Of a DNA stretch of 64,000 bases, positions 11,110 through 21,434 are shown in pieces. The position numbers were made by a program, and so were the translations under genes. The DNA is from Candidatus Brocadiia bacterium. Its GTDB lineage: Bacteria; Planctomycetota; Brocadiia; CAIUPP01. The notes beneath the pieces were generated by a model. That model ran no database searches and had not been told where the DNA came from. It saw only the letters and a list, made by a program, of their open reading frames with translations. Numbering within the stretch: the first letter of the stretch is position 1; each line of letters starts with the position of its first letter. The DNA lies in assembly GCA_050015075.1 (NCBI GenBank), contig JBEKCB010000026.1:1-64000 (forward strand). Reading direction: 5' to 3'.

Positions 11110-11394
11110 ATGAAGCTCGCCTGCGACCTCTGCGGCAAGACGTTGATGGCGGACGAGGACGTGCGCTACGTGGTGCGCATCGAGGTCTTCGCCGCGGCCG
11201 ATCCGATGGAGCTGACCGAGGAGGACCTGAAGAAGGACTTGCGCAAGGCGCTCCGGGAGCTTATCGTACGCATGGAGCGCATGGATCCGGAGAAGGCGCA
11301 GGACAGCGTCTACCGTAGCTTCCACTTCGAGATCTGCCCGGCGTGCCAGAAGGAATACCTCAAGGACCCGCTGAGGCGAGGGAATAACGCATAG
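11110..11394 (+). CDS. Small hypothetical protein with two CxxC pairs (possible Zn-binding)
   Basis: CDLC near the N-terminus, CPAC near the C-terminus; host-like codon usage. Confidence 0.8.
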   Translation: MKLACDLCGKTLMADEDVRYVVRIEVFAAADPMELTEEDLKKDLRKALRELIVRMERMDPEKAQDSVYRSFHFEICPACQKEYLKDPLRRGNNA

Positions 11395-11407
11395 CGTGAA
11401 GTATACA

Positions 11408-11563
11408 TTACCAAGACACCAAGGCACCAAGAGCGGCAACTCATATTGCAACCACGGAACACACGGAAGACACTGAAACCGTATTAGGAAAGTCATTCGG
11501 TGTGCTCCGTGTATTCCGTGGTGGAAGGTGTTGTCTCTTTGTGTCTTGGCGCCTCGGTGGTGA
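11408..11563. repeat. Nested intergenic palindromes (outer 3x8-bp arms, inner 3x9-bp arms)
   Basis: Outer accaagac-accaaggc-accaagag / ctttgtgt-cttggcgc-ctcggtgg; inner accacggaa-cacacggaa-gacactgaa / ttcggtgtg-ctccgtgta-ttccgtggt (11451-11522). Confidence 0.85.
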
Positions 11564-11592
11564 ATAATTCGGCATAGGAGAGTGAATCGAAC

Positions 11593-12858
11593 ATGGGAAT
11601 GACGATCACCGAAAAGATCATCGCGGCGCACAGCGGCAAGTCCCGCGTGCAGCCCGGCGAGTTCGTCTACGCGGACGTGGACATCGCCCTGGGCAATGAC
11701 ATCACCGCGCCTATGGCGATCCACGAGTTCGAGGCCGCCGGCCTGGGAAAAGTTTTCGACCCCGGCCGCATCGTGCTCATCCCCGACCATTTCACGCCGA
11801 ACAAGGACATCAAGTCCGCCGAGCAGTCGAAGCTCATCCGCCGCTTCGCGCGCGAGCAGGAGATCACCCACTATTACGAGGTCGGGCGCTGCGGCATCGA
11901 GCACGCGTTCCTGCCGGAGCAGGGGATCGTGGTGCCCGGCGACCTGGTGATCGGCGCGGATTCGCACACCTGCACCTACGGCGCGATCGGCGCGTTCGCC
12001 ACCGGAGTCGGCAGCACCGACCTGGCCGCGTGCATGGCCACCGGCAAAGTCTGGCTTCGCGTGCCGCCCAGCCTGCGGTTCGTCTTCAAGGGCACGCTGC
12101 CGCAGTGGCTCGGCGGCAAGGATCTGGTGCTCTTCACCATCGGGAAAATCGGCGTGGACGGCGCGCGCTACAAGGCGATGGAGGTCTGCGGCCCGGTGAT
12201 CGCGGGACTGAACATGGATGAGCGGCTCGCGCTCTGCAACATGGCCATCGAGGCCGGCGCCAAGAACGGCATCATCGCCGCGGACAACGTGACCGCGGAA
12301 TACGAGGAGAACCGCGCGCAGCGCCCGCCGAAATCCGTCGCCTCGGACCCCGATGCGAAGTATGAGGCGGTCCATGAGTGGGACATCTCCAAGCTCTCGC
12401 CGCAGGTGGCGCTGCCGCACTTGCCGGAGAACACGCGGCCGGTCGAGGAGTGCGGCGATATCCAGCTCGACCAGGTGGTCATCGGCTCGTGCACGAACGG
12501 CCGGATGACCGACCTGCGCACCGCCGCCGCGATCCTCAAGGGACGCAAGATCGCGCCGGGTCTCCGCGTCATCGTGATCCCGGCCACGCAGGAAATCTAT
12601 CTCCAGGCGATGGAGGAAGGGCTGCTGAAGATTTTCGTCGAGGCGGAAGCGGTCGTCTCGACGCCGACCTGCGGCCCGTGCCTCGGCGGCCACATGGGCA
12701 TCCTCGCCGCGGGCGAGCGCGCCCTGGCGACGACGAACCGCAACTTCGTCGGGCGCATGGGAAGTCCCAAGAGCGAGGTTTATCTCTGCGGTCCGGCCGT
12801 GGCGGCTGCCAGCGCGCTCACCGGACGCATTACCCATCCGGACGAGGTGATGAAATGA
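11593..12858 (+). CDS. leuC: 3-isopropylmalate dehydratase large subunit (short, homoaconitase-like type)
   Basis: [24 protein letters not shown] and [10 protein letters not shown] motifs. Confidence 0.95.
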   Translation: MGMTITEKIIAAHSGKSRVQPGEFVYADVDIALGNDITAPMAIHEFEAAGLGKVFDPGRIVLIPDHFTPNKDIKSAEQSKLIRRFAREQEITHYYEVGRCGIEHAFLPEQGIVVPGDLVIGADSHTCTYGAIGAFATGVGSTDLAACMATGKVWLRVPPSLRFVFKGTLPQWLGGKDLVLFTIGKIGVDGARYKAMEVCGPVIAGLNMDERLALCNMAIEAGAKNGIIAADNVTAEYEENRAQRPPKSVASDPDAKYEAVHEWDISKLSPQVALPHLPENTRPVEECGDIQLDQVVIGSCTNGRMTDLRTAAAILKGRKIAPGLRVIVIPATQEIYLQAMEEGLLKIFVEAEAVVSTPTCGPCLGGHMGILAAGERALATTNRNFVGRMGSPKSEVYLCGPAVAAASALTGRITHPDEVMK

Positions 12859-13343
12859 GAGGAAAATGCTGGAAGTTCGGCGACCACGTGGACACGGACC
12901 AGATTATCCCGGCGCGCTATCTCAACGTGAGCGACGCGGCTGAGCTCGCCAAACATTGCATGGAGGACGCCGACGCGGACTTCTCGAAGAAGGTCCGCCG
13001 CGGCGACCTGATCGTGGCCGGCGAGAATTTCGGCTGCGGCTCGTCGCGCGAGCATGCCCCGCTGTGCATCAAGGAGTCCGGCGTCGCGTGCGTGATCGCG
13101 AAGTCCTTCGCGCGCATCTTCTTCCGTAACGCCATCAACATCGGCCTGCCGATCCTCGAATGCCCGGATGCCGTCGAGGCGATCTCTGAGGGCGATCAGA
13201 TCGAGGTGAACCTCGCCGCCGGGACGGTCCGGCATCTGGGCACCGGCAAGACGTACTCCACCGCGCCGTTCCCGCGCGAGTTGCAGGAGATCATCGCCGC
13301 CGGCGGCCTGATGAACTACGCCCGGAAGACGGCGCGGAAATAA
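12855..13343 (+). CDS. leuD: 3-isopropylmalate dehydratase small subunit
   Basis: ATGA overlap with leuC; [22 protein letters not shown] and [12 protein letters not shown] motifs. Confidence 0.95.
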   Translation: MRGKCWKFGDHVDTDQIIPARYLNVSDAAELAKHCMEDADADFSKKVRRGDLIVAGENFGCGSSREHAPLCIKESGVACVIAKSFARIFFRNAINIGLPILECPDAVEAISEGDQIEVNLAAGTVRHLGTGKTYSTAPFPRELQEIIAAGGLMNYARKTARK

Positions 13344-13365
13344 GTATGCGGACGGTCGCCGCAGG

Positions 13366-13459
13366 TTCACCACGACGAGACGACGGGCACAACGAATGTC
13401 AAAACAGCGAACTCTTGTAACAGTAGTTCCGTCGTGATCGTCGCGCCGTCGTGGTGGAA
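13366..13459. repeat. Intergenic palindrome with triplet-unit arms (acgacg core)
   Basis: caccacgacgagacgacgggcacaacg ... cgtcgtgatcgtcgcgccgtcgtggtg. Confidence 0.8.
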
Positions 13460-13510
13460 GAGTGCGTTCCGTTGCTTTCGCGAACGTCAATGACAAACCC
13501 AGGAGGCCCG

Positions 13511-14458
13511 ATGGCCCACAAGCGCAAGACGATCCTCTCCTTCTACTGCGATGACACTGGTCCCTATCGCGTCGGGGCGAAGCCGTTCCAGACGTTCCTC
13601 GACTACTGCGCCGAGCAGAAGATCGCCGGCGAGTCGAGCGCCATCCTCGGCGGCGGCGGCCATTCCATGACCCGCGACCCGGGCCGCGAGGAGAAGGCGT
13701 TCCTCAAGCAGGTCGCGCGGGCCTGGGACTGCGGCATCGGCACGCACATGGAGGTGATGACGCACGGCGCGCTCTTCGACTTCAAGGCCAACCGTCCGCG
13801 CGAGGGCGCGGTCCACGAAGGCCTGTGGCTGCACGAGCCGGCGGTCGCCCAGGCCGCGTACGAGCGCTACTTCCGCAGCATCATCGCCGAAGGCGAGCGC
13901 GCGGGCATCCGGTTCACCGGCTTCACGTGGCCCGGCTGCGGCTGCGATCCCTGCACGCGCCGGTACGCCGCGCTGCGGGCCAGGGGCTACACGACGCCCA
14001 ATCCCGCCTTCTGGAAAGCCCTGCTCGCGCTGGCCAAGAAAGGGAAATTCCGCGGGCCGACGGTGCCGTGCTTCTTCGGCTCCGACGAGAAGAAGGGCGC
14101 CATCCATCGGAAGGCGTCTGGCGGGGGCTGCGGCGTCTACGACCTCATGCCCAACGCGAAGGACAAATTCGGCATCTGGGAAAACAATCCCGCGCATGTG
14201 GACCCGGACTACTACATCACCGCCGACGGCAAATCGGGCATCCTCGTGCGTCACGTCAAGGCCGGCGCGCCGTACGCCATCTGGTATGCCCACTGGCAGG
14301 GCCTGAACCCCGCCAAAGGCGTCGGCTGGAAGGCGTTCACGACCGTGGTGAAAAGGATCGGCAAGCACCTGTCCGGCCGAGTCGTCTGGATGCGCCCGAG
14401 CGACATCACGGACCGCTATCACAAGGCCGGCGGCTGGGGGTTCGTGGACGAACTGTGA
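13511..14458 (+). CDS. Hypothetical protein, possibly polysaccharide-deacetylase/NodB-like fold
   Basis: RBS aggagg; SFYCDD, EVMTH, TWPG, YAHW and VWMRPSDI loosely match CE4 motif spacing. Confidence 0.6.
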   Translation: MAHKRKTILSFYCDDTGPYRVGAKPFQTFLDYCAEQKIAGESSAILGGGGHSMTRDPGREEKAFLKQVARAWDCGIGTHMEVMTHGALFDFKANRPREGAVHEGLWLHEPAVAQAAYERYFRSIIAEGERAGIRFTGFTWPGCGCDPCTRRYAALRARGYTTPNPAFWKALLALAKKGKFRGPTVPCFFGSDEKKGAIHRKASGGGCGVYDLMPNAKDKFGIWENNPAHVDPDYYITADGKSGILVRHVKAGAPYAIWYAHWQGLNPAKGVGWKAFTTVVKRIGKHLSGRVVWMRPSDITDRYHKAGGWGFVDEL

Positions 14459-14605
14459 GGGCAGGAGGTCCGGTTGAAGACGAGGCCCGTCCCCATTTTG
14501 CCTGAATTCGCTTGCAGGATCGCTATGGGGAGATACGATGCTGAAAACGGCTGACGGCGGTCGTCGGCAGGAAGTCATATGGGAAATGTCGGAGGAGAGC
14601 TTCTA

Positions 14606-16714
14606 ATGAAGAGCAGATTTGCAGCGGCAATTGCATCGGCGGCAGTCATCGGCGTCCTCGGCTCAGGTGCTTTGCTGGCCCAAGCCAGTCCGGCCGAGCC
14701 CGATCCGGCGGCGTTCCTGGCGGACGTGATGAGGAACCCGAACCTGGCAAACAAAGGCACAGGCGAGTTGTACTGCTGGCATGCCTCCGCCGAGACGGAA
14801 ACGTTCCTCAATGCCTACCTGACCTACCAGGACACCAGGTGGCTCGACGCCGCCATCAAGGATTATGACGCTTTCATCGCGAAGCTGCACAAGGATCCCG
14901 ACGGCTACGAGGGCTGGATCGGCGATAACGGCGATGAACTGCTCGTCGCGAAGGGCCTTTCCACCGACGAGGTCGTGGGCGATGCGCTCCTCTGCGCACC
15001 GCTGGCCCGCTTCGCCGAGATCGTGATGCACGATCCCAAGCTCAAGGAAGCCTACGGCAAGAAGGCCCGGCAGTACCTCGATCTGGCTACGAGAATCTGC
15101 TGGGAGAAGTACAACAAGCGCGGCTGTTACTACGAGGACTCTGCCGGCTGGGGCAGCTACCACACCTACCCCAAAGTCGTGGACCTGAAGGCCAACAAGT
15201 GGATCGCCGCCCCCAACCGGCTCATCAGCGACAACCTCAACAAGCATTACCGCATGTCTCTGGTGATGCTGCGGCTATGGCGAGCCACGGGCAACGAAGA
15301 ATATCGCCAGCGGGTCCTGAAGGTGTTCGGCCGGGCGAAGACGATGTGGCGGTATTTCCTCGAGGAAGACCGCATCACTTGGAACTTCTGGATGCCGCAC
15401 GGCCCGTACGATATGGACGGACGCTCGCCCCGAAGCTGGGTGGCCGTCCATCCTGCCAACGCGGGCTACCAAGCCGGCGAGGTGGAGATGTTCGTGGAAG
15501 TCTATGACTCCGGCCTGGTCTTCGAGCAGTCCGACATGGAGAAACTAATCCACGCCAACCATTGGATGGCCGAAGGACCGGGCGGCTGGCGGAGCTCAGA
15601 CGGCTCGACCAAGAGCGGCACGCTTTGGGACGCCCTGGCCCGATTCGACGACAAGATTCGCCAGAAACTGGAGGCCGAACTGGCCCGCAACGCCTCGGAC
15701 GCAGGCTCGCAGATCGCCCAGGCCTATCTCAAATACGAGATGGCCAAGGCGCCCGGCTGGACGCGCCTCTATGTGAGCGATCCGGCGAAAGTGCAGGTGG
15801 TGAAGGTTCCGCTTCAGCCCGGCCGGGCCATTTCCGCCTCGGTGATCGTGCTCGACGCGGTGGAACTGGCCAATAAAGGCCGGGTGCAATTCGTCACGCA
15901 GGCCCGCGAGAAAGGCAAGCTCAAGATCGAGCTTCTCGACGCGGCGGGGAAGGACGTTCTAGGCACCCTGGCCGAGATCGAGGAGACCCAGGACGGGCAG
16001 CAGGACGCGCCGTACTGGGACGGCACAAACCCCAAGACGGGCAAGAAGGAGTTAGGCGAATACCTGGTTCGCTGGACGCTGAACGGTCAGAGCCGCACCG
16101 CGCCGGTCTGGGTGAAACAGGGCGTTGCCCGCAAGACCGAAGGTCCCAAGGCGCTTCTGCCCGGCGAGACGATCAAGGCCGATTTCGAGGGGAATCTCGA
16201 TCCACGATGGAAGCTTGACGCGGCCGCCACGAGCACGGAGCGGGCGCATTCCGGCAAGGCGTCACTGAAGGTGGAAGGCTCGGCCCAGCTTGTTTTTGGA
16301 TCGAGCGAGGACCTGCCCGTGAAGGTCCGGATGTGGGTCTTTGACAGCGGCGCGAAGTTCGGCACGTCGGGCAAGAACGGCCCGGCGTGGGGCGTGGGGA
16401 CGGCCGACGGCGACAAGCTGTGCCTGTGGCAGGTCTGGCGGCCCTACTTGGCCGGCGATGAGGAATACGGCTGGGTCAACACGGGCGAGAACGCCTGGTA
16501 CTCACCGCACCCTGGCGCGGGGGCCCGCAAGAGCGGCTGGGTCGAATGCGTATTCGATTTCAGCGACAAGAAGAACATCAAAGTGACCGTCGGCGGCCAG
16601 CCGGCGAAGTTGTACGCCAACCTCACGCCATCCGGCGCGGCAAGCGTTTACCTTCGCGGCGGCGACGGCCTGCCTCTGTACGTGGACGACATCACCGTGG
16701 AGTACGCGAAGTAG
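14606..16714 (+). CDS. Secreted hypothetical protein: predicted helical-barrel domain + FlgD-Ig-like + C-terminal beta domain
   Basis: Signal peptide; FlgD-like WDG...GEYLVR segment; N-terminal domain resembles 54791-56179. Confidence 0.75.
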   Translation: MKSRFAAAIASAAVIGVLGSGALLAQASPAEPDPAAFLADVMRNPNLANKGTGELYCWHASAETETFLNAYLTYQDTRWLDAAIKDYDAFIAKLHKDPDGYEGWIGDNGDELLVAKGLSTDEVVGDALLCAPLARFAEIVMHDPKLKEAYGKKARQYLDLATRICWEKYNKRGCYYEDSAGWGSYHTYPKVVDLKANKWIAAPNRLISDNLNKHYRMSLVMLRLWRATGNEEYRQRVLKVFGRAKTMWRYFLEEDRITWNFWMPHGPYDMDGRSPRSWVAVHPANAGYQAGEVEMFVEVYDSGLVFEQSDMEKLIHANHWMAEGPGGWRSSDGSTKSGTLWDALARFDDKIRQKLEAELARNASDAGSQIAQAYLKYEMAKAPGWTRLYVSDPAKVQVVKVPLQPGRAISASVIVLDAVELANKGRVQFVTQAREKGKLKIELLDAAGKDVLGTLAEIEETQDGQQDAPYWDGTNPKTGKKELGEYLVRWTLNGQSRTAPVWVKQGVARKTEGPKALLPGETIKADFEGNLDPRWKLDAAATSTERAHSGKASLKVEGSAQLVFGSSEDLPVKVRMWVFDSGAKFGTSGKNGPAWGVGTADGDKLCLWQVWRPYLAGDEEYGWVNTGENAWYSPHPGAGARKSGWVECVFDFSDKKNIKVTVGGQPAKLYANLTPSGAASVYLRGGDGLPLYVDDITVEYAK

Positions 16715-16748
16715 TTTCGCGGGATGTTTCATTTTGTGCCTGGCGATA

Positions 16749-16783
16749 AAGAAGCCCACCGGAAAGCCTCCGGTGGGCTTCTT
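16749..16783. terminator. Hairpin terminator, probably bidirectional
   Basis: aagaagcccaccgga-aagcc-tccggtgggcttctt, 15-bp perfect arms after the stop codon. Confidence 0.85.
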
Positions 16784-17054
16784 GCGAGATCGTTCCCAGA
16801 CGTCGCGAAGGCGGGTGCCGCTGGTTCTTGAGCCTTGAGCGCTCGGGGCGCAGATGAAAACCATGTTCATAGGCCTGATCGGCTCTCTGAGCGGCTTGAC
16901 TCCTCGGGCTTCCGCCCACTTGCCGCCTCGGCGGCTAAGCGTGCGCCTTCTGACCGTGTGCCTCCAGTCCCTGGGAGGCTATTGCAGGCGCAGTGCTGGG
17001 AATCATAGTGGCAAGTGCCATTACAAGACAGCGGTCACTTAAGGCTGCATTAGC

Positions 17055-17267
17055 GTGGAAGCATGGCTTATAATCACTATTGTGTTAAGCACCGTCGGGG
17101 CGGCGTATTTCGTCTACGGGTGGAGGCAAAAGGAGGGGATCTTCCTGGCGGCAGGTGTAGCCCTCTCCGTCTTTCCCTTTGTGATCTCCAATCCCTATGC
17201 CTTGAGCGGCATTGGGGTTGCCCTGTTGGTTGCGCCCTTCGTCATCCGGCTCTGGGCGTACAGGTAA
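17055..17267 (+). CDS. Small membrane protein
   Basis: 70 aa, hydrophobic, GAAYFVYGWRQ segment. Confidence 0.6.
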   Translation: MEAWLIITIVLSTVGAAYFVYGWRQKEGIFLAAGVALSVFPFVISNPYALSGIGVALLVAPFVIRLWAYR

Positions 17268-17310
17268 TCGTTCTGCCGGGGGAAAATAGGGATAGGCCGT
17301 TTTCCCCAAG

Positions 17311-17415
17311 ACGATCCGCAAGCATTTGTCCGACCGAGCAGTCTGGTCGCGCCCAAGCGACATCACCGACCGCTACTACAAAGCCGGCGGATGGGGGTTC
17401 GTGGACGAACTGTGA
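17311..17415 (+). pseudogene. Orphan copy of the last ~35 codons of 13511-14458
   Basis: Ungapped match to 14354-14458: TIRKHLSDRAVWSRPSDITDRYYKAGGWGFVDEL* vs RIGKHLSGRVVWMRPSDITDRYHKAGGWGFVDEL*. Confidence 0.85.
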
Positions 17416-17450
17416 GGCGGGGTTATTCTGCGAACGTGATCCTCGTGGTA

Positions 17451-17503
17451 GTTGTGTATGGTGTCACCAGAATTCCTGGGACACCATTATGTCCCAGGAA
17501 TGC
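17451..17503. repeat. REP-like elements (gtatggtgtc / ttcctgggacaccat / gtcccaggaa)
   Basis: Palindrome attcctgggac...gtcccaggaat; same motif family as 17897-17965. Confidence 0.75.
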
Positions 17504-17843
17504 TCTTCAACTCAGTTCTCCCGTCGCCGTATAAGTAATAGTACTCGTGCTTCCCTAAAGGCGTGTCATACGGGCGCACAATCAATAGAACTTGGGCGCG
17601 TTTGCCAAAGCTTGATGGCTCGTAAAGCATTACCCAGCCAATCTTCGAGAACTTCGTTTCGACGTCAGATCTTGAACTACTCTCACCGAGTTCATGCGTT
17701 ACCACCTGCGCTTGTTCCCGGAACTCGGCATATTGCTCGGCACGTCTTGCGATAGCACGACTAATAGTCTGTTCGTGCACCAGCCAGATAAACCAAATGC
17801 CAACACAACCCGCGGCTAGCACCGCGAGGATTCGTGGGGCCAT
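17487..17843 (-). CDS. Small hypothetical protein with N-terminal transmembrane helix; lower GC
   Basis: MAPRILAVLAAGCVGIWFIWL start (uncertain); the stop lies inside the REP-like palindrome. Confidence 0.55.
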   Translation of the reverse strand: MAPRILAVLAAGCVGIWFIWLVHEQTISRAIARRAEQYAEFREQAQVVTHELGESSSRSDVETKFSKIGWVMLYEPSSFGKRAQVLLIVRPYDTPLGKHEYYYLYGDGRTELKSIPGT

Positions 17844-17896
17844 TTCTCTCAAGTGCATTAGTTTCCAATCAAGGCAGGACGGTATGCATCCGCCGG

Positions 17897-17965
17897 CATT
17901 CCTGGGACGCCATACATAACTAATGCTGCCGATGGTGCGAATCGTTATGTATGGCATCCCCGGAA
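17897..17965. repeat. REP-like long palindrome
   Basis: ttcctgggacgccatacataac ... gttatgtatggcatccccggaa (22-bp arms, 2 mismatches). Confidence 0.85.
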
Positions 17966-18018
17966 CTGGCACATTGAAAGTTGGCGGTCTTTTTCAATAG
18001 CCCCGCTATCTCCGTTTA

Positions 18019-18516
18019 TTACTTATGGTGCCTTAGATTAGCGAAGAAGGGCGCCTTGGGAAATGGGGGACTTATGGGCTCGAGGGCGACAGCCCATTCC
18101 TTATGCTCCCAATCCAGAAACGCTAATTCATCGAGTTTCTGGTTGTCTTTGTGGTTCCGTCTTTCCTGCTCAAACGAACATTGGAGACCCGATGCAGTTT
18201 CCTCGCAACGAACCTTCACCCTCCAGTCAGTCTTGTCAGGCGCCTTGAATCCCAGATATTCGGTCGGCTCGTAAATCTTGCCATTCTCGTCTTTCACAAT
18301 CCATCTCGGGCCGGCACGCTTGTCCGCCTCTGTCAGCCATGCCACATACCTGAGGTCGTCCCATCCGATGATATGGATGGATTTCGATCGCCCTTCCTGC
18401 ATGTCCTGCGCCGAGACCGCACCGCCCTGAAGCACGCCGAACATCGTGACGCAGGTCGCGAGCACACTGAACGCCACAGCCGATACGCTGGTCCGATCCG
18501 TCATTCTGCGGCTCAT
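18019..18516 (-). CDS. Secreted hypothetical protein; lower GC
   Basis: Signal-peptide-like N-terminus; RBS aaggggggaa. Confidence 0.6.
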   Translation of the reverse strand: MSRRMTDRTSVSAVAFSVLATCVTMFGVLQGGAVSAQDMQEGRSKSIHIIGWDDLRYVAWLTEADKRAGPRWIVKDENGKIYEPTEYLGFKAPDKTDWRVKVRCEETASGLQCSFEQERRNHKDNQKLDELAFLDWEHKEWAVALEPISPPFPKAPFFANLRHHK

Positions 18517-18715
18517 GTGGTTCCCCCCTTGATAAGAGATTTTTCAAAAGACTGCGGAGTGTTGGCATCGTGAATTCTGGTTTCGAATCTTGCCTCCTTT
18601 TCTAGCCCGGTTCGCCCCGGTTCACTGCGCCCCTTGTGTTCCGAACGGAAGCAGCACCTTGTGCCGCATCTGCTCGAAGCTAGCACGGGTGCGTGGATGT
18701 GTCAAGGAGTTAATG

Positions 18716-19705
18716 CTACCGATTGACGTGCTGCATCATCGCCTCCGGGTAGCGCGGGCCGCTGGCAGCGCCTTTGGGCATCACTTCGGCGAGCGCTTCG
18801 AGATCGGAGCGCGTGAGTTGAACCCGCAGCGCGGCGGCGTTCTCCGAGAGGTGCGCCCGGTGCGTGGTGCCCGGGATCGGGACGATGAATCGCTCCTGCG
18901 CCAGGACCCACGCCAGCGCCAGTTGCCCCGCCGTGATTCCCTTGCCCTTCGCGATCTCCTGGACCCGCTTGACGAGCCGGAGATTCTTCTGGAAGTTGTC
19001 GCCTTGGAAACGCGGAGAATTCCGGCGGTAGTCGTCGGGCGCCAGGTCGTCGAACTTCTGAAATCTCCCGGTCAGGAAGCCGCGCCCGAGCGGGCTGTAC
19101 GCGACGAAGCCGATGCCCAGTTTCTTCACGAGCGGCAGGATCATGTCCTCCGGGTCGCGGCTCCAGAGGGAATACTCCGTCTGGAGGGCGCTGATCTGGT
19201 GCGTGCGATGGGCGCGCTTGATTGTTTCCGGAGCGGCCTCGGACAGCCCGAGGTAGCGCACCTTGCCATCGCTGACCAGGTCGGCCATCGCGCCGACGGT
19301 GTCCTGGATCGGCACGGTCGGATCAACGCGGTGCTGGTAATAGAGGTCAATGTGGTCCACGCGCAGCCGCTTGAGCGAGGCGTCGCAGCACTGCTTGACG
19401 TACTCCGGCCGCCCGTTGATGCCGCGCGCGTTCGGGTCGGAGGGATTGCGGACGACGCCGAATTTCGTCGCCAGCACGACGCGGTTCCGGTTGCCACGGA
19501 TCGCCTTGCCGACCAGTTCCTCATTGGTGAAGGGGCCGTAAATATCGGACGTGTCAATCAGGGTGATCCCCAGGTCGAGCGCCTGGTGAATCGTGGAGAT
19601 GCACTCCTCCTCGTCCGCCTTCCCGTAGAACTCCGACATTCCCATGCAGCCGAGCCCCAGCGCTGAAACGACCAACCCCTGTGTCCCCAATGCGCGTTGC
19701 TCCAT
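18716..19705 (-). CDS. Aldo/keto reductase
   Basis: [31 protein letters not shown] and YSPLGRG motifs. Confidence 0.95.
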   Translation of the reverse strand: MEQRALGTQGLVVSALGLGCMGMSEFYGKADEEECISTIHQALDLGITLIDTSDIYGPFTNEELVGKAIRGNRNRVVLATKFGVVRNPSDPNARGINGRPEYVKQCCDASLKRLRVDHIDLYYQHRVDPTVPIQDTVGAMADLVSDGKVRYLGLSEAAPETIKRAHRTHQISALQTEYSLWSRDPEDMILPLVKKLGIGFVAYSPLGRGFLTGRFQKFDDLAPDDYRRNSPRFQGDNFQKNLRLVKRVQEIAKGKGITAGQLALAWVLAQERFIVPIPGTTHRAHLSENAAALRVQLTRSDLEALAEVMPKGAASGPRYPEAMMQHVNR

Positions 19706-19718
19706 CGTTCGCCCTCCT

Positions 19719-21230
19719 TTATGCCCTGGTTTCCGCGCGCGCGCCTACGGACTGATCCTCCCGGAGCAGGCTGGTGAGCGCGCCGAGAAAAACGAAGACG
19801 GCCCCGACGGCATAGCCGACGCTGGCGTCGTGGAAGATCTGCAGTTTCTCCATGTGCACGGCGGCTGCGACGCCGCTCGGGATCTCGATGCCGGCGACGG
19901 CCGAACTGACGGCGATGCCGAACGCCATGCCCAGGTTTCTCATGGTGGACAGGACGCCTCCGCCGATGCCCAGGTGCGTGCGCGGCACGCTGCCCATGAT
20001 CGCGCTGTTGTTCGGCGACTGGAACAGCCCGGTGCCGATCCCGACGAGCAGCATCATGCACAGGATGACCGGCAGCGCGCGCTCCTGCGCGATGCTTCCC
20101 GCGTGGACCCCGTGCAGGAGAACGGCCATGCCCGCCAGCCCGACCGCCACAACGGTCTCGCCGGCCGCGGCCAGGCCGCGCGTGCCGATGCGGTCGGAGA
20201 GCGACCCGCTGATCGGCGCCAGGAGCATCACTCCCGCCGGAACCGCCGCGATGATCCAGCCGGCCTTCGCCGTATTATAGCCGAATCCGTTCTCCAGCAA
20301 CACGGGCGTCAGGAAAACCGCGCAGGATTGCCCGAGGAAGTTCATCATCGAGGCCAGGTTCGCCCCGGCGAAGACGCGGTTGCGGAAAAGGGAAAGGTCC
20401 AGCATCGGCGCCGGGTGGCGGCGCTCCTGCCGGATGAAGACGATCGCGCTCGCCAGCGACAGCGCCAGCAGAGCCAGGACAGCGGGCGAGACCCAGCCCC
20501 ACGAACTGCCGTTGGTGATCGCCAGCAGCAGGGCGGTCAGCATGGCCACCGCGAGCAACCCGCCCGGCCAGTCCACCCGCGCCGGCCGCCCGAGGCGCAG
20601 CGGCGGCAGCATCCGCCAGCACCACAGGCTGCCGAAGAGACCGATCGGCAGGTTGATGAAAAACACCCAGCGCCAGCTTCCCTGAAGGTGCGCGAGGAAC
20701 CCGCCGAAGGTCGGCCCGATGACCAGCCCGATGGCCACGCACATCCCCACGACGCCCAGCGCCCGGCCGCGCTCCTCGGCGGGAAAGATCGCCGTGACGA
20801 TGCCGGAACTCAGCGCCATCATCATGCACGCCCCGACCGCCTGCAGCACCCGCGCGCCGATCAGCCAGCCGAGAGTCGGCGCCAGCCCGCAGAGTGCCGA
20901 GGAGACCGTGAACAGCGCCGCCCCGACAAGATAGATGCGCCGGAAACCCCACAAGTCGCCCAGCCGTCCCATCGGCAGAATAAGTCCGCCGATGACGATC
21001 AGGTATGCCAACTGCACCCAGGCCACCTTGGCCAGATGCGCGACGTGGAAATCCTGCTGGATGACCGGGATGATGATGTTGACGGCGCTGCCGTCCACCG
21101 GCGCCATAACCAGGACCGCCATCACCGACGCCAGGATCCACCAGCGGTTCGGATACTGTCCGGATGTCAAGCGAGGTTCCCTTCCCTCTTGAGGCGGCAT
21201 TCGGGATTTGCGGCACGTTCCGTCGGTCAT
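19719..21230 (-). CDS. MFS transporter, DHA2/EmrB-QacA-like
   Basis: [31 protein letters not shown] and SDRIGTR motifs; many TM helices; start uncertain. Confidence 0.92.
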   Translation of the reverse strand: MTDGTCRKSRMPPQEGREPRLTSGQYPNRWWILASVMAVLVMAPVDGSAVNIIIPVIQQDFHVAHLAKVAWVQLAYLIVIGGLILPMGRLGDLWGFRRIYLVGAALFTVSSALCGLAPTLGWLIGARVLQAVGACMMMALSSGIVTAIFPAEERGRALGVVGMCVAIGLVIGPTFGGFLAHLQGSWRWVFFINLPIGLFGSLWCWRMLPPLRLGRPARVDWPGGLLAVAMLTALLLAITNGSSWGWVSPAVLALLALSLASAIVFIRQERRHPAPMLDLSLFRNRVFAGANLASMMNFLGQSCAVFLTPVLLENGFGYNTAKAGWIIAAVPAGVMLLAPISGSLSDRIGTRGLAAAGETVVAVGLAGMAVLLHGVHAGSIAQERALPVILCMMLLVGIGTGLFQSPNNSAIMGSVPRTHLGIGGGVLSTMRNLGMAFGIAVSSAVAGIEIPSGVAAAVHMEKLQIFHDASVGYAVGAVFVFLGALTSLLREDQSVGARAETRA

Positions 21231-21299
21231 TGTGCCTTCCCCCGGGAGATAAGGCAAATGCCGATCGGCACATGGCCATCGGCCATTTTGCGCATGCTC

Positions 21300-21328
21300 T
21301 TGACAGCCCGCGCCGGATACGGTAAAAA
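21300..21328 (+). promoter_or_regulatory. Putative sigma70 promoter of the tRNA
   Basis: ttgaca-17 nt-taaaaa, 22 nt upstream of the tRNA. Confidence 0.55.
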
Positions 21329-21350
21329 CAGGAGACCATCTGAAAACCGC

Positions 21351-21426
21351 GCCCCCTTCGTCCAGCGGCCCAGGATGCTAGATTCTCAGTCTAGAGACAA
21401 GGGTTCGAGTCCCTTAGGGGGTGCCA
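21351..21426 (+). tRNA. tRNA-Glu (anticodon CTC)
   Basis: Acceptor gccccct/agggggt, anticodon stem ctaga/tctag with loop ttctcag, T-arm aaggg-ttcgagt-ccctt, encoded CCA. Confidence 0.96.
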
Positions 21427-21434
21427 ATCATAGG

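Noticed and set aside
14354-17415. DGR template/variable repeat pair
   Set aside because: Mismatches are not adenine-specific and no reverse transcriptase is present.
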